Assembly (NCBI GenBank): GCA_001179505.1
Contig: CDMY01000313.1
Location: 62,020 to 126,019, forward strand
DNA length: 64,000 bases
Direction of reading: 5' to 3'
Source: Vitrella brassicaformis CCMP3155
Lineage: Eukaryota > Protista > Chromerida
The notes under the pieces were generated by a model. It saw only the letters and a program-made list of their open reading frames with translations, was not told the DNA's origin and ran no database searches. Positions 12,750 through 23,813 of the stretch are shown here, in pieces (within the stretch, counting starts at the first letter, position 1; every line of letters starts with the position of its first letter). A program made the translations under genes and the position numbers.

Positions 12750-13842
12750 TCACCGCGCGTCATCAGGTAGCTGGGACTCGATGGCGAGTGTCTCGCCAGT
12801 CGCCACACCGCTGCCGTCATACGGGAAATGCGTCGCGAAACCCCTGCAAGTCAAGTGGTTGGTGGCACACAACACAACACAACACAACACACGAAAATCC
12901 GTCCGTCCGTGCCATCCATCCATCGATTGGTCACCTCATGGATACTGTGTGAGGTATCTGGTGGCAAGAATGAAGAGGGAGAGGGACAGAGAGTGGGTCG
13001 ACCATTGCATGTATGATTGTTCCTTGTGTGTTGTCCTTGTTAGCACGCCCACCTGCGGGGTGATGATGATGAACTGCGACTGTCGACCGTCGCCGCCGTT
13101 GCCATCGCCGTTGCCATCGCCGGCCGGTTGCTGCTCATCCATCTCGTCATTCTCTTCATCATACTGCTGCATCAACTCACGCTCCTAGACACACACACAC
13201 ACACACACAGATGGACACGCCCACACACCCCGTGTGTCTTCGTGTGCACCTTTTGTGGGTTGACGATGACGCGCAGTAGGTCCATGAGTTTCCTCTCGTT
13301 GTTGGCGTCCAAACCCTGGTTGATCTCATCCACCACACGCAAAGGACTGCACAGAGACAGGAGAGTGTGGGTGAGAGGGACGCGTCTTCTCCCTCTCTCT
13401 CTCTCTCTCTCTCTGCAGGTCGACGCCGGCTGACCTCTTGCCCTCCTCCTGCAGCGCTGTTTGCAACGGCAAGACAGACACAGAGACAGAGAGATTGTCG
13501 ATGTGTGTGTGTGTGTGTGTATGGGTAGCTACCTATGATGAACAGCATTGTGGCGATCATCTTCTCGCCGCCACTCTGCTGATTTGGCGACAGCGGCAGC
13601 AGAGGCGCGTTGGCCTTGTAACGAACCTGATTGATTTGTCGACACACCGATAGATAGATCCACACACACGCAGAGAGAGAGAGAGTGACAATCGCTACCC
13701 ATGACGAGAGGAACGCGCCACCGGCAGCACGGTCGACTTACCGAGATGACGATGCCCATCTTCTCGAAGCTCTCCTCGCCTCCCTCCTTCATCACGACAC
13801 TGCCGTCGAACCCCGCTTGGCGCATGAAACTGAACACACCCA

Positions 13843-13876
<34 letters not shown>

Positions 13877-16800
13877 TGGACAAGGTGGTCGATCCTTATG
13901 GTGGATGGATGTGCCCGTCACCAGGAGAATCGTCTGTGCAGGAGCTTCATGGTGTACTGGACCTTCTCCTTGAAGGCCTGTGACTCCTCCTTGAGACTCG
14001 CGTCGGTGGTCGCGATGGCTTCCTCACACTCCTGATACAACAACAACCACACACACACACACACACACATAGACCAGACCAGCCAGGATGCGAGCATGCA
14101 TTCGTTTTGCCGCGTTGTTGTTGCAGCACCCACCTGTATGGTGTCCTGCACCTCCTCACGCTCCTTTTTGGCCTGCTCGTACTCCTCACCAGCACTGAAG
14201 GGATGATACCGGACACACCGTAGAGAACAGGGCAGGCAGTGCAATGCAGCCAAGATACACGCCGAGCTCAACTCACTCAACTCGGTTGCTTACCGTGGGT
14301 TGGCCAGCAGCCGATCGCCCTCAGCACGCTTAGCCGACGCATGCGCCTACCACACACACACACACACATCTCAAAGGTGGAGGGGCCGCGTGTGGTGGGT
14401 GTGGCTACTGCACCACTCCTTACCTCCAGTTCTTCCTCATCGTCGGGTAGGTCCTCCATCTTGTCCATCTGCTCATCAGTGATGTCCTTGCGCTTGTCGT
14501 TCCACCTGGCGTTGAGGCTGCGGTGCTTGTCCGTAGCCGTCTTGAGCTGACGACGGCCGCTCTCCAGAGCCTTCTCGGAGTCACTCAGCTGACAACAAGA
14601 CAGAGACAGACCAGCAGGGACACAGCCATGTGTGGAAGTGAATGTCCATGTGTGTGTGTCGGGTGTCCTGACGTTTCTGAGCGGCTCCGATAGCTGGTCG
14701 GCTTTGGCCTGGACCTCCTGCTGCTTGACCTGCCTGCAACAGCACACCAACAGCGGCATGGTCGACCCTGCACACATCCCTCCGGCCACCATGCGCCATA
14801 CCAGTCAGCCTGCAGCTTCTCCAACTCTAGCACCACCTGCTCAGACACACACAGGTGGATGGATGGATGGAGTGGGCGTCACCTTTTGTCTGTCCTCGGC
14901 CTCCTTGACACACAGCTCGACATTCCTGATCTGGTCGTGGAATGCCTTCTGCAGCTTCTCCGTGATGGCCCGCTTTTGCGCGTCCACGTTGACGGGCTGC
15001 TGCTTGAGCTTGGTCAGGTTCTCCTGGGCGAGAGCGAGACGCTGCTTGGCCTGGTTCATTGCCGACCTGGCGTCTTGCTCCTTCTTGACGGACGCCCGCT
15101 GCGCCACCTCCTCTTGTGCGACATCCTGATCAGATTGCGGACCGGTATATGTGTGGCTTCATTCGTGGCGTCTGCTGGCCAGCTGGCTGGGCTTACCGCG
15201 AGCTGCTGGGAGATTTGTTCGTGCTGTTGTTTGAGGGCGTTGATCTCTTGCTGGAGCTGCTCACACTGCTTCTGCAGGACCTCCTGCTGCCGGCGGTTGT
15301 CCTCCTCTGCACACACACACACACACACACAACACACAGTTGGATATGTGTGTGCTGCCTCCGAGGGTGTCTGTGTCTGTGTCTGTGTGAGTGTACCGAT
15401 AGATTTGAAGACGCTGGGTGGCTTGACGGCGTTGTCTCGTTTGTCTGTGCTGATGTTGCTGGGGTCATACTTGGACTGGGTGGACGAAAAGATGGTCGAC
15501 CCGATAACGAACCTGCGCGACACACGACAGACGGACGAACCGCGTGGGCAGTGCCGCGCTTTTGGCCGCACTATACCGACCTGAACCCTCCGACAGCCCT
15601 CCCGATCAACGCTGGCAGGTGCTGACGCAACGCTTCCTGCACCCACATCCATCCATCCATCCATACGACGATGGAATGTGTGCTGCCGTGCCTCCCTGTC
15701 TCTCCGGCCATTCATGTGGGTGCCTGACTGTGACCACACACATACCTGCACCCTCTCGGGGTCAGCCCGCTGATCGACCACGGCCACCAGATGGAGGGCG
15801 TAATGCGACGCCAGGGCCTTCTTGATACGCTCGGGGGCGGTGATGTACTCAGTCAGGAAACCCTACACACAAACACCACACACGCAGGCACATCAATCAC
15901 ATCACAGGTCAGGTGCCTCTCTGCGTCTGTCTGTCTGCAGGTGGGCATGGGTGAGTGTCTGTGTGTGTGTATGTGTGTATGTGTGTGTGTTTGGCTGGCT
16001 GGCTGGCTGGCTGACCTGGACGCCCGCATTGACGAGTGGCTGAGAGTTGCGGACCTCGGGAAGCAGCACATTGTCTGTGCTGTCCGTCAACAACGTCACC
16101 TACATAAATCCCACGTCTGCTCTGCTCTGCTCTGCTCATCCACATGTGCGTGTGTGTGTGTGTGTGTGTCTTCCCTCCTCACCCACTCACCCTCGATTTG
16201 AATCTGTTTCGGAAGTCCCGAGCGTCCTGCGGTGCGGCGAGAAAGGCGAAGAGCTGCCCGGCAAGGAGGGCCTCGACGATGCTGCCCTTGGACGGCTCAC
16301 ACTCCATGTGTGCCGGGATGAACAGCACCGGCTGGCTGGGCCGCAGCTGCGGCAAATCCTGCAGGACGCCCTGCACGTCGTTCCTGATGGCGTGCGAGTA
16401 GATGCCCTCGAGCGCACGCCTGAATGAATGAAAGATGGGGTGAGGTAAATAGCCAGTGGGAAAGCTCTGTGTCGTTGTGTGTGTGTGTGTGTGTGCCTTT
16501 CTCGTTTCTGCTCGACTGTGGACTGGTCGCGGATTCGCTTCTGCATCTGGTTGAGCTGCCTCTCCTTGTCTGATTTGGTGATGTTCTTCATGCCGGCGTC
16601 ACGCTGGAGGCTGCACACACCAAACACACACGACACCAAACACACACGACACCAAACACACACACACGTGTGTGGTTGCAGACGACACGGCTGACAGATA
16701 ACCCATCCCCTTTTGTCATGCGACCTTGATTTCTTCTGTGATATGGCTTTCCAGTTTTGGTTCATCTGCTCGGGCGACGTCCCTTGCACGGCCTCCTGGT

Positions 16801-19143
16801 ACTTGGCCTGACACACACAGCCACACACACACATGAAACGGCCCTCGCCCCTCTCTGTGTCCACCGATCTCTCTCACTCTGTGTGTGTGCGCCTGTAATG
16901 AGCACCTGTGCGTCCTGATACAGCTTGCGCTTCTCCGCGACAGACTTCTCGCTCTTATCGATGTTCTCACGCCGCTTCTGTGCTGTCTCGTCCACCTTGG
17001 CCAAACTCGACACCAGAGCCCTGCATTATCCACACGAGGCATAGAATGCTTTCGCGCTTTCTTTGGTTGGATTCCCCCACCGACCTGATCTCCTGCCGCT
17101 TCGGGAGCTGTCTGTCCGCGTATTCGCCCCACAGCTCGTCCAGCCGCTCTGTCTGCGGCTTCTTGGCGCGGAACCTGTTCTCCAGGTCGGTCTTGTGCTT
17201 GCGGAGGGCCTCGTGCTCCTCCTTCAGGGGCTTGATCTCGTCCTTCATCTTCTCCTGGGCCTCGGTGAGCTCCTGCACACGCTGGTGGAGCCGCTCGCGG
17301 TCGTTGGCTGCTGTCACGGCCGACAGCTTGACGATCTTCGCCTCGGCCAGGTCTGCCTCGTCGTACGCCTGACCTGAACGCCAAACACAATACCAAACAC
17401 GTGTGTGTGTGTGTGTGCGTGTGTGGGGGGATTGGTACGTTGTCTGAGGAACTGTTGCCTCTTCTCGTCGAGTTTCTTGAGCTGTGCCTCTAGGTTGGCG
17501 AGTTTCTCCAGGCAGCTCGCGCGCGACCGCTTGTGCTTCTCCAGGTCCTTCTCCTTCTGCTTCAGACTCCTGCACACACACACACAAGCACACACACAAG
17601 AGATGACACGATGCCTTGGGTGGGTGGGTGGATGGATGCAGGAGTGGCCGTGAGCCCGTGTCATGCTTTGCTCACTCGAAGACTTTGTTCTGGTTTGGGT
17701 CGATGGCTCGCAGCGTCTCGCAGAAGAGCTGCTCGGGGCCCATCTCAGACAAGGCATGCACCTGCAGGCAGGCAGGCAGGCAGGCCGGACAGGGACACAC
17801 AGACACACAGATACCCATGCAGCGCAGCGTGAGCGTCCTATGATGCACAGACAGACAGCTCACGTTCTCTTGCGCCAGGAACGTCACGGCATTGTCAACT
17901 GCACACACACACACACACGTCAAGGCAGGAGATCCATTCTGCCGCCAGCAACATTGTCAGTAGGTGTTTTCCTCACCCTGCAGGTCGAACCGTGTTTGCA
18001 GCTCCTTGACGTCCTCCAGCGTGGAGCGATGGCCTGCACTCACACAGTCACCCCCCGTCCGTGTGCGCGAGTGTCCATCACTACCCCGCCCCGTTTCTGT
18101 GTGCCTTCTCTTCCTGACCGTCAATCCACCAGTCCGACCGAGGTCTGTTGTGCTGGTCCTGACACACGCACACACACAAACAGAGAGCAAACCCTGACTG
18201 GCTGCTACTCGCCTCTCCCTTAGTTGGCACCGACCTTTTTGATGATACGTTTGACCTTGATTGAGCCATGTTCGTCATCGTCTGTGGGGTTTGCGATGTC
18301 GATCTCTATCACACAGCAGTTGGCGCCGCGACGGATGTAGCCCGTCAGCTGAAGGGGGGAGGGAGGGAGGGAGGGANNNNNNNNNNNNNNNNNNNNNNNN
18401 NNNNNNNNNNNNNNNNNNNNNNNNNNNNNNNNNNNNNNNNNNNNNNNNNNNNNNNNNNNNNNNNNNNNNNNNNNNNNNNNNNNNNNNNNNNNNNNNNNNN
18501 NNNNNNNNNNNNNNNNNNNNNNNNNNNNNNNNNNNNNNNNNNNNNNNNNNNNNNNNNNNNNNNNNNNNNNNNNNNNNNNNNNNNNNNNNNNNNNNNNNNN
18601 NNNNNNNNNNNNNNNNNNNNNNNNNNNNNNNNNNNNNNNNNNNNNNNNNNNNNNNNNNNNNNNNNNNNNNNNNNNNGAGGGGCAAGAAGGACAACAGACG
18701 GGCCGTGGTGTGCGTGTGTGTTCGCGTGTGGTGGGCTGTGTTGCGCTGTGCTGCTTACGTCGTCACTGCGTCGCAGCAGCTTGTGGTTGAAGCCCAATCC
18801 GATGCAAATGGCGTTTGCCTGGCGAATCGAACACACATGCAGAAAGAGAGATCTACACCCTCCATCATCGAGATACTGCGGTCGAGAATCATCCGCCATG
18901 CAGCGTACCAGGCTAGACCTGAAACGAGCAGCACAGCGCACAGGGAGGCAGATATGCGCCGCATGTTGGTGCTGCTGATCTGTCTGCATCTCATGCGTCT
19001 TACTTGCCGCTGCCATTGACGCCCGCTATGAGGTTCACACCGCTGCGGAGGCCGATGAACTCACACTGCCGGTAGTGCTGGAAGTCCTTCAACCGTACTG
19101 CTACCACGCAACCGGGGAGGAACTTGCTGCCCTCCTCTTCCAT
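12750..19143 (-). CDS. SMC5: Structural maintenance of chromosomes protein 5, many exons
   Basis: N-terminal VRLKDFQHY...GVNLIAGVNGSGKSSLANAICIGLG (Walker A), long coiled coils, signature QSGGEKMIATMLF and Walker B CPFCVVDEINQGLDANNERKL; the QSGGE and DEINQG motifs are SMC5-specific. The last exons (12750-13050) are uncertain, and the N gap at 18377-18676 may hide sequence. Confidence 0.93.
18377..18676. other. Assembly gap (N run) within SMC5
   Basis: 300 N after a (GGGA)n run. Confidence 0.99.
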
Positions 19144-19875
19144 CACCTCAAACAGGCATGCCTTTGGGTGTTTTCCGAGGAAGCACCCTAGGCATTTAGC
19201 TGTAGCAATAATACAAGTAAGGCGCCCAGAAAAGCTGAGCGCGGTGCACGACCCCCCAAGTGGATGGGGCGATTGCGCGTTTGACGGAGAATGCGGATGT
19301 GTCCAAAAAACACGTCGATCACACCATCCATGCGATGAATCAAAGAACACAGACAATTGCATGCATGTCCTTCTCCCTTTTGTAGCTGTCTGTGTTTGTG
19401 TCTGTGCGCGGATGTGTCATGATAGGTAGGAACACTAACAGGTACACAGGTAAGGACAAGACGCACAGCACAAATCATGAAGTGGCGGGGAAGGGCGGCA
19501 GCAGGCGGTTTCAGGGAGCACCCTAGGTGGGCTGACGGCCAAGTCCCGTGTCAGTCTTCCAACATGAAACACCACCCTAACATGCAACCCGGACACGCAA
19601 CACGCAGCACGCAGAGGGCAGATGCAGCAGACAGGAGGATATGCAATGCGCTGCGAACGACGGCCACATAGAAGCAGGCACACAACGTCGCACACACGCC
19701 ACCCCAGCAGCAGCTTGAAGGCGGCGTGCGTGCGTGCGTCAGGCACCATGACTCCATACGTAGATACCGCCCATCCCCAGGTGGCCAGCCAGTGCAGATC
19801 GCCCAGTCACACAAAGGCGGGGAAGGGCGGATTACGAGGGGGATAGACAAACAGCGCAGATCAACAAACAAGTGA

Positions 19876-21165
19876 CTTACCGCTAAATCGTCGAAAAATG
19901 ACCGCGAGAAGACTGTGCCTTCTTGATGTGGAGCCTATTGGCACGATAGCCGATTGGCCCACGCTCTTCAGGAGCTTGCCCAGAGCCGTGACGACAGCAG
20001 CCCATCGTTGGACGGTTTCCTTGTCGTGTCTTTGTCGCTTGTATCGATGGCGTCGCCGAACTTTGCAGACACAGAAGAGAGAGGCGTCGTTGTGTGGGAG
20101 ATGTGTGAGTGTGTGTGTGGGTGGGTGGGTGGGTGGCGTGTGTATCATGGTACCTTACCTGATGTCGATTCGCGCTGGCCTTTTCACCGTCGTTGGTGAC
20201 GGCACACCTGATGCACGTGGAGATCTCATGCAATTGACACCAGCCACGCACACAGCCAGATGGTTGTCATGTGGAAGCCACGATGCCTCTTTGTTTGCCC
20301 TTGTTTACCTGGCTTTGCCATTCCTTGCCATCGGGCAAGCGAGTGGGGCCGTTTACCATAATCCTTCTTAACTTAGAGTGCGCAGCCACTTGATGGTGTT
20401 CTTATCTCCAGGAAGTTACGACCGAAGTCGCCTGATTCTTATGTAATGGTAGGAGAGGAGGGGCAAGGGTGGATTTGTTACCTGCAGCAGACAGGCACGC
20501 ACAAAGCACCACACGCAAGGGATGGATGAAAGCCTTCTTAAGGCCTGCCTACCATTGTCTTTCGCTTAGACGTACGGTGGTCGTTCGGGCGGCAAATCGT
20601 GTCTTCTCGACCAGGCAGAGATCGATCGCCTGACTGACCAGCCACCCACAGACAGACAGACAGACAAGGAGAGTGAGGGAGGGTGCTGTGTGCATGGATG
20701 TGTGTGTGTGTGTTCGCGTGTGACGGCACACCTGATGCACGTAGAAATCTCATGCAAGCGACACCAGCCACGCACACAGCCAGATGGTCGTTATGTGGAA
20801 GCCACGATGTGCCATTCTTTGCCATCGGGCAGGCGAGTGGGACCTTGTACTCACACTGCCCTTGTACGAGGAAGAGAGAGGTCGACCACACAGGCCGTCT
20901 GGCTCATCTGGCTCGTCGCCTGTGTCAAAACCACTTCTTCTTCTGGCGAGCTTATAGGCGAGCTTTCGGTGCATGCACGAGGTTTTCTCCTTCCGAAAAG
21001 AGATCTGGGCGACCCGTCATGTAGCTCAGTATCAGCACACGAAGTTTCAGCTTTCCAGGAGGGCATTTTCATGAAGTCCGTTACGCCATCCGCCATATGC
21101 GATTCGCGCACGGAGAAAAGTAGCCTAGAGCACTCCCCCAGCTGGTGCTTTTGGGGGGTCGTCAA
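19876..21165 (-). CDS. Possible orphan or degenerate spliced gene, head-to-head with the first AP2 gene
   Basis: 104-aa ORF 20851-21165 without microsatellites, plus exon-like blocks with GT-AG ends near 20553-20630 and 19876-20065. No recognisable domain. Confidence 0.2.
20196..20347. repeat. Direct repeat copy 1 (~150 bp)
   Basis: gtgacggcacacctgatgcacgt...gacaccagccacgcacacagccagatgg...ttgccatcgggca.gcgagtggg recurs at 20720-20841. Confidence 0.9.
20720..20841. repeat. Direct repeat copy 2 (~120 bp, internal deletion relative to copy 1)
   Basis: Aligns by eye to 20196-20347. Confidence 0.9.
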
Positions 21166-21188
21166 CGTGTGGTAAAAAACTATAGTAC

Positions 21189-23423
21189 ATGTCCATGGCC
21201 CTCCTCTCGGGTGCCCCCGTTTCCGGCTCAGCCATTCATCGTGGCATCACACCTGATGAAGCGGCCGCTGTCCATCACCCTCTTTCGGTGGTCCCTTTCG
21301 ACGTACAGAGCGGCAGGAGTGGCCAGCTCTCCGGGCAGTCACCGCCACTCCGCTCGCCACTCACACCCGGCCATCAGCTGCAGCAGGAGGGTCCATCGGT
21401 GGTGGGCACGCGAGTCGGTGGGAGCGGCCTAGGGCAGAAGGGCCGGCCAGCTGTCGACGTTCCCCCATGGCCTCCTGGCCTCGCTGCCGCACACCAGGAT
21501 GATCCTCTTGCACTGCCCGGCTGTCGCACAGCACCACTTGATTCCAAGGTACGGAAACACAGACACATCACGCTAGCTGTCTTTTGGTGGTCCTTCCATG
21601 CTCTTCTCCCTTCTCACATGTGTGGGTGAGAAGCCCTTCTCTGTCGGGAACTTTGGCTATCAGGAGACGAAACACGCCGCCACCGCACACCGACGAGCGA
21701 TGGACATGGTAGTGTCGCCTTGGCCTCCACCTGGCGGTGGCATAGCAGGTTACCGCCGGATTGCCATCGTCCGTCGTCCCCCCGCAACCGTCCCCACGGG
21801 GCCGATGTCGGAGCATCAAGCCGGTGTCAGAGGCGTCAGCTTCAACAAGGGGAACAACGCATGGCAGGCCAACTGGTATGAGAAGGGTATCCAAAAAGGG
21901 AAATCATTCTCGGTGTGGAAGCATGGCTATGAGGGCGCTAAGACAGCCGCCATCGCACATAGGCGGGAGATGGAGCGATTGCACTACTACTACGACAAGA
22001 GGCGTGGCAGGCTTATGGCGAGCCCTCCCGCCGAGTGCCATCGTCAGGCCGCTGTGGTAAATGACCACTGCAGCCCCCAGGAGAAGACCGACACAAGAGA
22101 CGGCTGCGCGGGGCCTCATGAGACCAGGGCTGGTGGGCAGCCAGCCGGCACGTCGGCCGCTGATATCGAAGGCGCCAGCAGGGTGGAGGAGGACATCATG
22201 CTGACAAGGCTGCTGGAGGGTGTGCGTGCGACTGATCCTCAGAGTGGCGGTCGGTATGAGATCGCCACAGTGACGGTGGCCGGCCGGCAGACAAAGGCAA
22301 TCCGGTGGAGGCCGACGGGTTAGAGGAGAGAACACAGGGCAAGCAAGGGCAGGATTGATCTGCCTGTGTGTCTGCTGATCAGGTGTGTGTGTAGCGTCTG
22401 ACCGGCGTGATGTCCAGGACCAAGGTAATGGACAGCCAGTTGGCTCAGCCAGGATGCACCACTTCACCCATCGTCTCGGCTGTCCGCCTGTGTGCCATTC
22501 AGGATTGGCTGATCCTCCGAAGCGCCATCTGCCAAGCAGCCCCCCTGTCAACCCCTGCAATGGCCGAGACCCCTCACCGGACCGCAGCCGCCCCCCGAAG
22601 AGGCAGCGCACAGAGCCGCCATAGAATGACTCGCATCATGAAGGACGACCAATGGGCGAGACGAACAAGACGGTCGTCACCAGACGTGTTCCCACGCCCA
22701 CCTCGGACGTACCAGGGGTCTTTTGGCTTACGTCGAGCCGATCGTGGGCAGCCTCATGGGTCGAGAAGGGCGACAAGAAGCGGAAACAACGGATCTTCAG
22801 CGCTAGTAACCATGGCTTCGACAAGGCCAAGGTGCGCGTGGCGCCGTCTATCACCCCAATCTCTCCATCTCTGTAGATGTCTCTCGTGTGTGTGTGTGTG
22901 TGTGTGTGTTGTGCAGGCGTTGGCCGAGCAGCACCGTCGTGAAATGGAGCGAACCGGACGGGCGGTGGTGAGAAAGCGATTGGACTCGGAGTACCAGAGC
23001 CAGCACCAGAGCGGCATCAGAGGCGTCAACTATTGCAAACGGCCCAGGTCCAAGGTCTGGGTGTCTCGCTGGAAAGAGTGCGGCAAAGAGAAGATCAAAT
23101 ACTTCTCTGTGCGGCAGCTGGGTATGGAGGGCGCCAAGAAGGCCGCCATCGCACACAGGCGGGAGATGGAGCGACAGCATTACACATTCAAAGACAGGGG
23201 ACAGGCCGGTAGGCGACAAAGGGCTGGTGACGGTATCTCTATGTCTGTCTCTATGTCTGTCTCTCTGCAATGCTCTGGCTGCGTCATCCACAGTACCACC
23301 AGCCGACCTCAATTTTTCTCTTTACGCTGTGTTGATGGCGAAGGCCATGACGGCTCCTCAGACCACCGGCCCCCTCCCAACCACCAGCACGACTCAGACG
23401 GCTGCAGCTTCGCCGCTGAGTGA
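21189..23423 (+). CDS. Multi-AP2-domain (ApiAP2-type) DNA-binding protein, paralog 1: three complete AP2 domains, one half domain and an in-frame TAG at 22622
   Basis: EHQAGVRGVSFNKGNNAWQANWYEKGIQKGKSFSVWKHGYEGAKTAAIAHRREME; VPGVFWLTSSRSWAASWVEKGDKKRKQRIFSASNHGFDKAK|ALAEQHRREME; QHQSGIRGVNYCKRPRSKVWVSRWKECGKEKIKYFSVRQLGMEGAKKAAIAHRREME. May be two genes or a pseudogene. Confidence 0.85.
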
Positions 23424-23813
23424 CACATTTGGCCTGGGGGTCTGACTCACCGGTGTGGCCAGTGAGAGAGGGAAGAGCAGCCGGAGGGCGGGAGGGAGGA
23501 AGGGACACTTCCATGCGCCAGACAGCTGAAGGCAGCCAGGTGAGTACGACAAAGTGTATAATGGATACACTGACGTGACCACCACAGCGATCCAATGTTG
23601 TCGAGTAGGAAAAGGGGACAGCCCGATAGGTTCGTGATGCGTGCTGCGTGCCTTCACAATGAGTTGAGGGAGAAATGAAAACTTGACGAATGCAATTCAA
23701 TGCACGTGTTGATCTCATCCACGTGCTGCGAGAGGTATTATACAGGTTCACCACCATGCCAAAAAGGGCACACACATATATACACACAAAACCACTACAA
23801 CACACGCGTTGAG

